NCBI GenBank assembly: GCA_030530085.1
Contig: JAUMVQ010000001.1
Location: 1-45,081 of the forward strand
Length of the DNA stretch: 45,081 nucleotides
Reading direction: 5' to 3'
From: Desulfovibrionaceae bacterium
GTDB lineage: Bacteria; Desulfobacterota; Desulfovibrionia; Desulfovibrionales; Desulfovibrionaceae
This document shows, in pieces, positions 10,244 through 21,256 of the stretch. Under the pieces are notes generated by a model that was given only the letters and a program-made list of their open reading frames with translations, had not been told where the DNA came from and made no database searches. A program made the position numbers and the translations under genes. Position 1 is the first letter of the stretch, and each line of letters opens with the position of its first letter.

Positions 10244-11662
10244 CTAATAGGCACCCTTGCGGAACAGGACAACGGGCACAGTGCGCATCAGTATCCAGAT
10301 GTCAAACCAGACAGACCAGTTGGAAACGTAGAAGAAGTCATAACTGACCCTGTCTTCGTAATTTGTATCATTTCTGCCCGAGATCTGCCACAGGCCCGTA
10401 ATTCCGGGCCTGACACGGATATACTCGTTAAAGACGGCGCTGTACTTGCTCTTTTCGTCATCAACAATGGGCCTGGGACCCACCAGGCTCATGCTGCCGG
10501 TCACCACGTCGTAGAGCTGCGGCAGCTCATCCAGGCTTGTCCTGCGCAAAAAGCGCCCCAGGGGCGTTATCCTGGGATCGTTTTTCAGCTTGTGATCCCG
10601 GTCCCATTCTTCCTGCAGCTCAGGGTTCTCAGCCAGGTAGCTTTTGATAATCTCGTCTGCATTGCTCACCATGGTGCGGAACTTGTGCACCCTGATTTCC
10701 TTGCCGCCGCGCCCTATGCGGCGCTGGGCATAAAAGACAGGCCCCTTTGAGTCCAGGCGTATCAGCACAGCCAGCACGGCAAAGACTGGCAGAAGCACAA
10801 TCAGGGCGCAGATGCAGAGTGTCAGGTCCATGGCCCTCTTCATGGCCAGGCGGCGCCAGTCATGCAGGCGCTGCTGCAGGAAGAAGCCGGTCGAATAGTT
10901 CACGACATAGGGCATGGTCATAAAGGCGCGCAACCTGTCTTCCCTGGCCTTAACGGGCATGATCAGGATATGGCAGAAATACCTGTTGATGGTGGCGATG
11001 AGCTTGCCGTTGCCCATGGCATTGTTCATGGCCAGCATGACCACGCTGCCAGGATATTCCCTGGCCATGGCAGCCATTTTTTCACCAATCTCATCTGTCA
11101 TGACTTCCGGAACATCCAGGAAGGCAACTGGCTTGAGGCCAAGCTCAGGATGCCTGCGCAGATAGTGCCACAGATCCTTGCCAGTATCCGAGCTGTCCAT
11201 GCAGATCAATGGCAGCCCCCACCACTGGTAATTGCAGAAGAGATGCTCCACCAGCTTCCTGCCAAGGGGAACCGTAAAGCAGGCAATCATCCAGCTGACC
11301 AGGATGCAGAAGCGCGAATAGATATGGCCTGACTTGGAGAGGAAAAAGATGATCGCCACAAAGGCAAAGGTTATGGACACATAGGTGAAAATAGCGCAGA
11401 GCCTTTTATGCGGCGGCTGCATGGCAGGCGAGGAGTACAGGCCAAGGCTCAGTGCCACCAGCGGCGACAGGAAAAACGTCACGGCAAGCAGCAGCACCAG
11501 GTCCCACTGCAAAATGAACCCGCTGTATAAAAAGCGCAGGCCGAAGGCTATGAGGGAAGCCAGGGCCAGGCTGGCAATGTCCGAGAGAATATAGATCAGC
11601 TTGTCAGGAGCAATGCCTGATGCTGAAAGCAGGCGGATGATAAATGGCGGCTTTTGCTTCAT
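10244..11662 (-). CDS. wbaP: Undecaprenyl-phosphate sugar phosphotransferase (WbaP family)
   Basis: N-terminal TM domain plus KRAMD, KFRTM, DPRIT..GRFLRRTSLDELPQ, MSLVGPRP and PGITGLWQ motifs. Confidence 0.85.
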   Translation of the reverse strand: MKQKPPFIIRLLSASGIAPDKLIYILSDIASLALASLIAFGLRFLYSGFILQWDLVLLLAVTFFLSPLVALSLGLYSSPAMQPPHKRLCAIFTYVSITFAFVAIIFFLSKSGHIYSRFCILVSWMIACFTVPLGRKLVEHLFCNYQWWGLPLICMDSSDTGKDLWHYLRRHPELGLKPVAFLDVPEVMTDEIGEKMAAMAREYPGSVVMLAMNNAMGNGKLIATINRYFCHILIMPVKAREDRLRAFMTMPYVVNYSTGFFLQQRLHDWRRLAMKRAMDLTLCICALIVLLPVFAVLAVLIRLDSKGPVFYAQRRIGRGGKEIRVHKFRTMVSNADEIIKSYLAENPELQEEWDRDHKLKNDPRITPLGRFLRRTSLDELPQLYDVVTGSMSLVGPRPIVDDEKSKYSAVFNEYIRVRPGITGLWQISGRNDTNYEDRVSYDFFYVSNWSVWFDIWILMRTVPVVLFRKGAY

Positions 11663-11836
11663 TGCTTGGCAACCTTGAGAGATGGGGGACCGGACATTTT
11701 TCTGCACAAGGGCTTAAAGCACAGGGTGACAAAAAAACGGCTGCGCTTCTGAAAATATCCGGGGAAAAAGCAGCAATACAGCCAGCTGCAGGCTTCTGCC
11801 ATACGAAACCCTGTGCTTTTCTTGCAAAAGCTTTGC

Positions 11837-11871
11837 AAAAAGGCAAGCCCCCGCCGCCGGGCAGGGGCCTG
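11837..11871 (-). terminator. Rho-independent terminator after the 11894-12391 gene
   Basis: Minus strand reads AGGCCCCTGCC-CGGC-GGCGGGGGCTT followed by GCCTTTTT. Confidence 0.55.
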
Positions 11872-11893
11872 GAATAGTCATTGTTGTTCTTTA

Positions 11894-12391
11894 TCAGCCG
11901 TTCTTTCTCTCGCCTGAGTCATCTTCTGCAAGCGGAGCCAGCGAGGAAAACCATTCTCTTGCCGAGGGCAGAAGGCAGAGTATTACTGCACTGATCTCCA
12001 TGAGCAGGGCCAGAATGCGGCAGATGCAGAAGCCCGGTGAAATGGCAACCACATGCGGAAAGGTCACCGCATGGACGGCAAGGCTTACGACAGCCAGCAC
12101 AAAGAGCAATATCCTGCCCCAAGCATAGCAGCGGCTGATGAGAAAGCCGGCCGCCGCATCTGCAAGGACGCTTAAGCCCATGTGCACCAGGGCTGCATGC
12201 TGCAGGGAAAAGGCTGCGCTTTTGTCCTCATGCCACTGCACCTGGCCGTTGAGGATCAGAAAGCAGGCTGAAATGAAGGCCGCCCCGTACAGGCAGACTA
12301 TGCTCATGCGCACGGACTCAGGCCTTGGTGCAGGAACCTTTGCCGCTTCCTTTTCCTGAACGGCACGTTTTTTTACACTCTGACTGCTCAT
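11894..12391 (-). CDS. Hypothetical membrane protein (about 4 TM helices)
   Basis: 165-aa ORF, co-directional with the operon, four hydrophobic segments, GGAG SD. Confidence 0.7.
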   Translation of the reverse strand: MSSQSVKKRAVQEKEAAKVPAPRPESVRMSIVCLYGAAFISACFLILNGQVQWHEDKSAAFSLQHAALVHMGLSVLADAAAGFLISRCYAWGRILLFVLAVVSLAVHAVTFPHVVAISPGFCICRILALLMEISAVILCLLPSAREWFSSLAPLAEDDSGERKNG

Positions 12392-12418
12392 ACAAGCGAG
12401 CTCCCTGCTACAGGCAGG

Positions 12419-12916
12419 CTAGTCCTGCTTTGCATCTTCTTCCATCTGATGCATGAGCTTCTGTCCGGCCTCAGAGTCCTTGTAGGAAGCAAACAGGTCA
12501 CGCCACTGGTCAAAGTCGTAGAACTGGGCGTCGAGCATGTCTTCTGCAGCCTGGATCCAGGCATTGAAGAGATGCAGGGTAGTCTGGAAGGCCTTGCTGT
12601 CAAAGCAGGCAGCCAGGCCGCCTACAGGAACAAGCGTGCCCTCAACTTCGCGCTTTACGAAATTCACCACGGCCGAGCGCGAATTCTCCAGCGATGCCTC
12701 GCGGCCGTTCAAAGACTCGGCCATTTCCCTCAGGCTGCCGTACCGCTGTGCTATCTGTCCCATGGCCTTTTCGGGGATGGCAATCATGAGCTTCTGCTCT
12801 TCATTGTCCTTTGCCCCTTCTTCGGACAGGAAATAAAAACGAAGCCAGTTCTCAAAGATGATGGCATCCATCATACGGTTTACGGCTTTGGCAAAGCGCT
12901 GTTGTTCTTCGGGCAT
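12419..12916 (-). CDS. Hypothetical protein
   Basis: 165-aa ORF with AGGAG SD. Start overlaps the stop of the upstream cytidylyltransferase (TAATG). Natural-looking composition. Confidence 0.75.
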   Translation of the reverse strand: MPEEQQRFAKAVNRMMDAIIFENWLRFYFLSEEGAKDNEEQKLMIAIPEKAMGQIAQRYGSLREMAESLNGREASLENSRSAVVNFVKREVEGTLVPVGGLAACFDSKAFQTTLHLFNAWIQAAEDMLDAQFYDFDQWRDLFASYKDSEAGQKLMHQMEEDAKQD

Positions 12917-13617
12917 TATTTGCTTCTCCTTATATTACACTGGGCATCATACCATGCCACAAGTTCACGGGCCTGGGCGTCAGCTGATACGGCAAGGCGG
13001 GACATGTTGCGAAAATCCTGCACAGTATCAATATCCAGTCTGATGTCCGGTCTCTGCAACCATTCTTCCTCAGGATCAAAAGTAGCCGTCCTGAACAGCT
13101 CCTGGTTGTCCCAGACATAGTTCAGGCAGTGCTCCCTTTGCTGCGGATCCTTTGCTTCATAAGCCAGACGCCGCAAAAGATCCATTGATACTATTTCGGC
13201 ACCAAGGCCGTCGGGCCAGAGATTGCCCTTGGGGACATGGTTATAGCTGTAGTCAGAAGAGCCCTGCGCATGAAAGCGTATCAGGCGGTCTATGGCCTCC
13301 CACCAGACAAAGGGATTGTCGGCGCATATCCTGACCACCTGATCAGCCCTGTACTTTTCTGCAGCCAGCACAAACCTTGCCAGCACATCCTGCTCAGGGC
13401 CGCGGACAACATTGACGTGGCGTTTGTCAAGATGATCGCAGAGGACATCGTCCAGATCTGTGTCAGGGCAGGCGACAACAACATCGTCCAAAAGATGCGA
13501 GCGGGCTGTCCGCTCAACCACCCAGTCTATCAGCGGCTTTTCCCCTAGGCAGAGGAGCGACTTGCAGGGCAGCCTGGAAGACCCGAGCCTTGCCTGGATA
13601 ACGGCTACTGTGCGCAC
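12916..13617 (-). CDS. SpsF/NeuA-like cytidylyltransferase
   Basis: IQARLGSSRLPCK, DVLARF, VRICADNPF, REH and RLDIDT..D motifs. Confidence 0.88.
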   Translation of the reverse strand: MRTVAVIQARLGSSRLPCKSLLCLGEKPLIDWVVERTARSHLLDDVVVACPDTDLDDVLCDHLDKRHVNVVRGPEQDVLARFVLAAEKYRADQVVRICADNPFVWWEAIDRLIRFHAQGSSDYSYNHVPKGNLWPDGLGAEIVSMDLLRRLAYEAKDPQQREHCLNYVWDNQELFRTATFDPEEEWLQRPDIRLDIDTVQDFRNMSRLAVSADAQARELVAWYDAQCNIRRSK

Positions 13618-15341
13618 TCAGCCTCTCCCTGAGCGGCTTCTGCCTGAACTGCTTCTCCCTTATCCGAATCGCACGGGGACACCTTGTTCTCTTCCTGGCC
13701 CGCCCTGGCCTTTTTTTTGTCCAGTATGTCCAGCATCAGGGCCAGCACCCTGGCCTTGTTGCCAGTAAAGTCAAGCCTGGTCATGCGCTCGTAAAAGCGC
13801 AGCCTGGCCTTTCCGTCCAGCATTTTGAGAAAGACATTGCGGATCTTGTCGTCAGTTACCCTTTCGCCAAGCCCCAGGAAGGCAAAGCCGTTGGCGCCCC
13901 TGGCAAAGGAGTGGCGCAGTTCGCGCTCATGCGTGGCCAGCACCATGGCAGGAACGTGCATGTGGGCCAGCTCGTAGGTAGTCCTTCCGGCAGCGCACAG
14001 GCAGAGATCAGCCCCTTCCATCTGGCGGCTCATGACATTGGTGGCCCAGGTAAAGGAGATGTCCTTGTTGTCCAGATCGCGCAGATGCTCTTCCATCTCG
14101 TATCTGTGCACGTAGCCAGGGCCCGCCACCACGCGGATGGCAATGCCCCTCTCGCGGCATATGGGCTCGACAATGTCAAGGCAGCGCCTTGTGTTGTCGC
14201 ACTGATCCGTGCCGCCAAAGGTAATGAGGACTGTCTTGACCTTGGGCCTGCATACATTGCGCTCTGCTTCCAGGAATTCGTCGCGCAGGCAGAACCAGTC
14301 CGGGCCGCAGAGGCATTTATCTGATGTCAGCGAGGCATCGTAGACGGCATTGATGACAAGGTCGGCAAGTTGTGCGCCCTCTCCCTCGTCCTCAAAATTG
14401 ATGCAGGGTATGCCCTCTGCCTTCAGGGTGCCCATGTACTCTAAATCTGTATTCAGGATATCGTTGACCACCAGATCGGGCCTTAGTTTCAGCACGGTTT
14501 CGGCAAGCTCTTCCTCGCCCGGCCTTGTGCTGTGGTAGTCCCTCCTGGCTATGCTCTCCACAGCCAGTTCCGACTCCCTGGTACACACAAAGGATATCTT
14601 GTGGTCCATGATTTCATGCGCCAGCATGAGAGCCCTGTAGATATGCCCCATGCCTATGGCAGGCCAGCCTGCCACCACAAAGACGATGTGCTTCCTGCGC
14701 AGAAGGTGCTCGCAGATCCACCAGTCCTGATACGACTGTATCTCTATGGCCCTGTCGTTGAGGAAATAGGGGACAACATTGTCCATGCGGGCGGCGCTGC
14801 CGCGGGACAAGGCCTTGAGCAGGGCTTCTGAGCGCAGGATGATAAGCGCCTTGCTTTCAATGACGACCTCGCGCTCGCCCAGCTCCTCATCCAGCAGCTG
14901 GGACAAGTTCCTGCCCTGCACGCTCCATACGCGCTGATGCACGCTCTTGACAGTCACCAGGCTGTCTGCTCCGCTGTCCTCGTACTTGTGCCAGGCATCC
15001 TCCACATCGTCGGCAGTAATCAGGGGGCAGGAAGCCCTGAGCACCAGGCAGTGCTCATATTCCAGGCCAAGCTCGCCCAATAGATCGCGCATTTCAGCCA
15101 CGATGTTCAGGGTATGAAAGACAAACTCGCTGTTATAGCGGTGGCGCACCCCGTGGCGGTCGCAGATAAGCGTGCTCTCCTGGCTGTCTGTGAGGACATA
15201 GATATCCTCATTGGCTTCCAGTTTCTGCGCTGTCGCTATGGCACGCTCAAGCAGCGTTGTGCCGGCCAGCTTCTTGACCAGCTGGTCAGGAATAACCGCA
15301 TTTTTTTTGATGGCAGGGATAATGATACAGCGCTTTCGCAT
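13605..15341 (-). CDS. Cytidylyltransferase-like domain fused to PseG/SpsG-like GT-B domain
   Basis: N-terminal IIPA...AGTTLLERAI...IEIQSYQDW (NeuA fold). C-terminal IGMGHIYRAL, LITFGGTD and AGRTTYEL (PseG/SpsG). Confidence 0.8.
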   Translation of the reverse strand: MRKRCIIIPAIKKNAVIPDQLVKKLAGTTLLERAIATAQKLEANEDIYVLTDSQESTLICDRHGVRHRYNSEFVFHTLNIVAEMRDLLGELGLEYEHCLVLRASCPLITADDVEDAWHKYEDSGADSLVTVKSVHQRVWSVQGRNLSQLLDEELGEREVVIESKALIILRSEALLKALSRGSAARMDNVVPYFLNDRAIEIQSYQDWWICEHLLRRKHIVFVVAGWPAIGMGHIYRALMLAHEIMDHKISFVCTRESELAVESIARRDYHSTRPGEEELAETVLKLRPDLVVNDILNTDLEYMGTLKAEGIPCINFEDEGEGAQLADLVINAVYDASLTSDKCLCGPDWFCLRDEFLEAERNVCRPKVKTVLITFGGTDQCDNTRRCLDIVEPICRERGIAIRVVAGPGYVHRYEMEEHLRDLDNKDISFTWATNVMSRQMEGADLCLCAAGRTTYELAHMHVPAMVLATHERELRHSFARGANGFAFLGLGERVTDDKIRNVFLKMLDGKARLRFYERMTRLDFTGNKARVLALMLDILDKKKARAGQEENKVSPCDSDKGEAVQAEAAQGEAECAQ

Positions 15342-15364
15342 AAAAAATCCTTTTTCAGCTTCTT

Positions 15365-16549
15365 CTAGAGTTCCAGCAGCGTCTGCTTAGTCCTGTCCGC
15401 CATATAGGCCACATCCTCATCGCTTAAGGAGGCATGGAACGGAAAGGATATCATGGTATCAAAAAAGCGGTCGCCTGCAGGGCATGAGGCCTCCGAGAGG
15501 CCAAGCCTTGCATAGTAGTCATAGCGGTTCAGGGGCATATACTGCACTGCGCACTGTATGCCGTGCTCATGGTACATGATGCGCATGAACGTATCGCGGG
15601 CCTCTGTCCCCTTTGTCATGGCTGCCACCAGCAGGTGGTAGTTGTGGCGGCGCGTTTCTTCGCGCAAAAAGACAAGCTCAGGACAGTCTGCAAGGCCGTC
15701 GATAAAGGAGAGGGCCCTCTGCCTTTTGGCATCGTTGATGCTGTCTATCCTGTCCAGCAGCTTTGCACCCAGGGCGCATTCTGCCTCGCCAAGGCAGTAG
15801 TTGGCAGGCCAGGCTGTCCTTCCGTCCACCATGGGCAAATCCACATTGCCCATGGCAGGCTTCCAGTAGTCCTTCCTCTCATAGGGGAAGGCACAGTGCC
15901 CGTTGTGCCTCAGCATGGGCACGATCTGCCTTTTCAATTTGTCCTGCACATAAATCATGCCGCCTTCGCCCAAAGTTGTCAGATTTTTGTGGGAATGAAA
16001 GGAAAAGGCTGCCATATCGCCAAAGCTTCCGGCCTTTCTGCCGTGAAATTCGCAGCCTATGGCCTGGGCCGCATCCTCTATGACAAGGACATTTTTCTCA
16101 TGGCAGAGATTCACTATGGACGGCATGTCTGCCATGTAGCCGTAGAGGTGGACAGCCACCACGGCCTTGGTTTTTGGCGTCATGACCCGGGCAATGGTTG
16201 CGGCATCCACCACATGCGTGTCTTCTGCCACGTCGCACCAGACGATTTTTGCGCCGGCCTTCTGGAAGGGATAGGCAGAGGACGTAAACGTGTGCGAGGG
16301 GACAATTACCTCATCCCCGGGCCTGATGCCGCAAAGGGCAGCCGCAAGCTCAAGGGCGCAGGTGCCGTTGCAGACAGCAAAGCAGCTGCCTTCCTCAACG
16401 CCCTGGTACGAAGCAAACTTCTGTTCAAATTCATGCAGAAAGCGCCCCTGCGTCAGAGGAACAGCCGAGCGCATGCACTCAGCCACTACGGCAACTTCTT
16501 CTTCTGTATACCGTATGGAACGGCCGCTGAATGGTATCCTGCACTCCAT
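15365..16549 (-). CDS. DegT/DnrJ/EryC1/StrS family sugar aminotransferase
   Basis: VHLYG, EDAAQAIG and FSFHSHKNLTTLGEGG (PLP lysine) motifs. Confidence 0.9.
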   Translation of the reverse strand: MECRIPFSGRSIRYTEEEVAVVAECMRSAVPLTQGRFLHEFEQKFASYQGVEEGSCFAVCNGTCALELAAALCGIRPGDEVIVPSHTFTSSAYPFQKAGAKIVWCDVAEDTHVVDAATIARVMTPKTKAVVAVHLYGYMADMPSIVNLCHEKNVLVIEDAAQAIGCEFHGRKAGSFGDMAAFSFHSHKNLTTLGEGGMIYVQDKLKRQIVPMLRHNGHCAFPYERKDYWKPAMGNVDLPMVDGRTAWPANYCLGEAECALGAKLLDRIDSINDAKRQRALSFIDGLADCPELVFLREETRRHNYHLLVAAMTKGTEARDTFMRIMYHEHGIQCAVQYMPLNRYDYYARLGLSEASCPAGDRFFDTMISFPFHASLSDEDVAYMADRTKQTLLEL

Positions 16550-16578
16550 TGCTTTTTCTCCATCCGCTTTAGGCAGGC

Positions 16579-17661
16579 TCAGAGGCGGACAAGGCGCTCC
16601 CTGACGTTTTCATAGGTTAAGATGCTGTGAAAATCAGGGCCTAGGGCATTGGACAGGGGCTTTTCATGCACGATTGTGCCTTCATACACCTGCCTTAAAC
16701 CATCTTCGTCCAGGGAAGCGCAGACCCCCTTGGGCAGCGCAACGCCCTGCTTTTTCATCATGCCTGCCACCTCGGCACATTGTTCCGGATAGATGTCGTC
16801 CAAGACGGACAGGGCCAGGCAGTTGGCAAGGCCGTGGCGCAGGTGCAGCACCATGGAGAGACCTGCGCTCAAGGGATGCACTGCCCCGGTAAAGCCGGCT
16901 GCCATGCCGCCGATATAGGAGGCTATCATGAGCTTTTCCCGGCAATGAGGCGCCATCATGTCCTCTGAAGCAAAGACCTCTCGGCAGAGGGCTATGGCCT
17001 TTTCTGACAAGGCATCCACAATCACGTTGCGCATGCTTCCCGTCAGGCTCTCAAAGCAGTGCATATAGGTGTCTATGCCGGTGAAAAAATACTGTTCCCT
17101 TGGCACCGTGGCCAGCAAATCCGGATCCAGCACAAGCTGGTCGAACATAGTATAGTCGCTGTTCATGCCAAGCTTGAGATTTTTCTTCTCATTGCAGAGA
17201 ACGCCGGTGCGCGAGGACTCCGAGCCTGTCCCTGACAAGGTGGGGCAGCCTATCTTGTAGGGGGCAGGATGCTGCACCAGTTCCCAGCCCTGATAGTCCT
17301 CGGCAAGCCCCTTGTTGGTAAGCAGGTTGGCCACGCACTTGCAGGTATCCATGGTGGATCCGCCGCCAAAGGCCAGCATGGCACAGGGCAGCACGCCGCA
17401 AAGATGCTGCCTGACATATGAGGCATACGCGTCTGTGCCATCTGTCGTCGGCTCATTGTCCGTATCCACATAGACAACAACGTCGCCATCCTGCACGGGA
17501 AGCCTTGCGGCCAGTGCGCCGTCTTTAAAAAAATGGTCAAAAAACCAGACGCATTTTGAGCCGGATGTACGCAGGGGAGCAAGCAGGGAGCCCAGTTCCC
17601 TGACAGCCCCTGCGCCTATCATGACATGGCCGACGTTTTTGGCATTTCTGTACGCTGTCAT
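16579..17661 (-). CDS. Iron-containing alcohol dehydrogenase family, KdnB-like (octulosonate 8-oxidase-like)
   Basis: GGGSTMD, YQGWELV, PTLSGTGSESSRT, KLGMNSDYTMFDQ and TGIDTYMHCFES closely resemble Shewanella KdnB as I recall it. Confidence 0.8.
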   Translation of the reverse strand: MTAYRNAKNVGHVMIGAGAVRELGSLLAPLRTSGSKCVWFFDHFFKDGALAARLPVQDGDVVVYVDTDNEPTTDGTDAYASYVRQHLCGVLPCAMLAFGGGSTMDTCKCVANLLTNKGLAEDYQGWELVQHPAPYKIGCPTLSGTGSESSRTGVLCNEKKNLKLGMNSDYTMFDQLVLDPDLLATVPREQYFFTGIDTYMHCFESLTGSMRNVIVDALSEKAIALCREVFASEDMMAPHCREKLMIASYIGGMAAGFTGAVHPLSAGLSMVLHLRHGLANCLALSVLDDIYPEQCAEVAGMMKKQGVALPKGVCASLDEDGLRQVYEGTIVHEKPLSNALGPDFHSILTYENVRERLVRL

Positions 17662-17670
17662 AACGTCCTG

Positions 17671-18531
17671 CTAGATGCCTGTGCGCCGCTTCCAGGACGC
17701 CAGGGTATTCTGCAAAAGCATGGCTATGGTCATGGGGCCTACGCCGCCTGGCACGGGAGTGATGGCAGACACCTTGTCCTTCACGGCCTCAAAATCGACA
17801 TCGCCGCAGAGGCCGTCCTCTGTCCTGTTGATGCCCACGTCTATGACAACAGCGCCTTCCTTCACCATGTCCGCTTTAATAAACTTGGGGCTGCCTATGG
17901 CAGCAAAGAGGAAGTCTGCCCTGCGGCAGACTTCTGCCAGATCCGGCGTGCGCGAATGGCACACAGTCACCGTGGCATCCCCGAAGGCGCCGCGGCGCTG
18001 CAGCAGCATGGCCAGGGGCTTGCCCACGATATTGGATCTGCCGACAACCACGGCGTTTTTGCCCTGGCAGGGCAGATTGTAGCGCTTAAGCAGCTCTATG
18101 CAGCCTGCAGGAGTACAGGACACAAAGCCAGGCAGCCCCAGGGAGAGGCGCCCCACATTGTCAGGATGAAAGCCGTCCACATCCTTCTCAGGATGTATGG
18201 CCAGCAGGCATTTTTGCGAATCAAGCCCCTTTGGCAGGGGAAGCTGCAGCAAGATGCCGTCCACGCTGTCGTCTTCGTTCAAGGCCGCTATGAGGTCCAG
18301 CAGCACGCCCTCGGTGGAGTCAGCCGGAAGCCTGTGGGCAAAGGAGACTATGCCTGCTTCCTGGCAGGCCTTTTCCTTGTTGCGCACATACACCTGCGAT
18401 GCGGGATCGTCGCCGACAAGAAGCACGGCCAGGCCAGGTGCCCGCACGCCCTTGGAGACGGCACAGGCAACGGCTTCACGCACTTCTGAACGCACCTGCT
18501 GGGCTATTTTTTTCCCGTCAATTAACACCAT
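17671..18531 (-). CDS. folD: Bifunctional methylenetetrahydrofolate dehydrogenase/cyclohydrolase
   Basis: [27 protein letters not shown] and [11 protein letters not shown] motifs. Confidence 0.96.
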   Translation of the reverse strand: MVLIDGKKIAQQVRSEVREAVACAVSKGVRAPGLAVLLVGDDPASQVYVRNKEKACQEAGIVSFAHRLPADSTEGVLLDLIAALNEDDSVDGILLQLPLPKGLDSQKCLLAIHPEKDVDGFHPDNVGRLSLGLPGFVSCTPAGCIELLKRYNLPCQGKNAVVVGRSNIVGKPLAMLLQRRGAFGDATVTVCHSRTPDLAEVCRRADFLFAAIGSPKFIKADMVKEGAVVIDVGINRTEDGLCGDVDFEAVKDKVSAITPVPGGVGPMTIAMLLQNTLASWKRRTGI

Positions 18532-18571
18532 TATTCAGTCACCGTTTTTTAAGCACTATTTCTTAATTTAC

Positions 18572-18601
18572 AGAGGGGAGGACAGGATCCTCCCCTCTTT
18601 T
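18572..18601. terminator. Strong hairpin downstream of eno
   Basis: AGAGGGGAGGA-N5-TCCTCCCCTCT is a perfect 11-bp stem. The T-run is on the + side although eno is on the - strand, so polarity is uncertain. Confidence 0.6.
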
Positions 18602-18660
18602 CAACAATTGCCCTGAAAAAGCTATTTTCAGGCCTTAAAGGATGTCAGGATCTCACGGGC

Positions 18661-20043
<1,383 letters not shown>

Positions 20044-20153
20044 TTAGATAAGAAAGATAGTAGCTAAAGGGAAACTAAGGGGAAAGGATAAGGAAAAGAC
20101 GGCCGCAGTGCAAAGGACAATGCCCTGCCCCAGAAGCTACCTAAGACATCGCT

Positions 20154-20939
20154 TTACAGTCCCTGCTCCTTGCGGCTGCAAAGAAGGTCCAGCCCCCTTA
20201 AGGAAAGGTCAGTACAGACTGCTTCCACTGAAGGACAGTAGCGGGCCATGAGCCTTGCAAAGCCGCCTGTGGCTATCACGCTGCAGGGCACGGCCAGTTC
20301 CTGCCTGGCCCTGGCTACAAGCGCTTCGGCCATGCCGGCAAAGCCATAGAGTATGCCGTGGCGCATGCATGTGGCAGTATCCCGGCCAATAAAAGATTCA
20401 TCATCCGCACACTCGAAACTGACTGCTGGCAGCTTTGCCGCATTCTGGGTCATGGCTGACATGGCCGCCTGCAGCCCGGGAAAGAGAAGCCCGCCTAAAA
20501 AGGCGTTCCCCTTGACGCAGTCGCAGGAGACGACCGTGCCAAAGTCAAGGATAACAAGCGCATCTTTTTCAGGATACAGTTCCCTGGCAGCCCAGGCAGC
20601 CACCAGGCGGTCAGCCCCGAGCTGCGCTGCATTTTTATAACGGTTTTCCAGGGGGACAGGCAGGTCAGACGGCACAAAATAGACGGGACAGCCGATGCAG
20701 TGCGCCACAGCCTGCCCGAGCAGGGGATCCATATCAGGCACAACGGAACAGACGGCACAAGAGGACACGGACTCCTTGTCCATGGACTGCTGCTCCATGA
20801 GGCGCATAAGATCTGCACCAAGGCTTGCGGCAGAGCGGCACCTGGTCTCAAGAGAAAAGACCTGTATGCCGGAAGCGGCAGCAAAGGCTATTTTGATTGC
20901 GGTATTGCCCACATCTATAAGAATACGGTTGCCTGGCAT
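20154..20939 (-). CDS. coaX: Type III pantothenate kinase
   Basis: IDVGNT, LGADRL, LDFGT, FLGG..PG and ATGG motifs. Start at ATG 20939 with GGGGAG SD. Confidence 0.9.
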   Translation of the reverse strand: MPGNRILIDVGNTAIKIAFAAASGIQVFSLETRCRSAASLGADLMRLMEQQSMDKESVSSCAVCSVVPDMDPLLGQAVAHCIGCPVYFVPSDLPVPLENRYKNAAQLGADRLVAAWAARELYPEKDALVILDFGTVVSCDCVKGNAFLGGLLFPGLQAAMSAMTQNAAKLPAVSFECADDESFIGRDTATCMRHGILYGFAGMAEALVARARQELAVPCSVIATGGFARLMARYCPSVEAVCTDLSLRGLDLLCSRKEQGL

Positions 20940-21256
20940 GGTCTCCCCTTTCCTTAATAAGACAAGACAGTCTGCCAAAGAGCAGGCACTTTCGCAAGAG
21001 AGCAGCACTGCACAAAAAAGGCCGCAGGAGGGGCTGTTTTTGCGGTCCAAAAGCCCTTTTCAGGGGCCTTCTTCCCTGCGAATGAATTCTTGACTTTCAG
21101 CCTGATTTAGCACACATATTTCGCTTATTACAGATTATTTTTCAACCTGTCCTTCTTTTTCGTTGCATACGCAGTTTCAACGCATACGCAGATACAGCAC
21201 AGAACAGGCTTATCCGGTCCGGCACTGCCGGACTGTTCCACGAGGTTCAGCAACCT

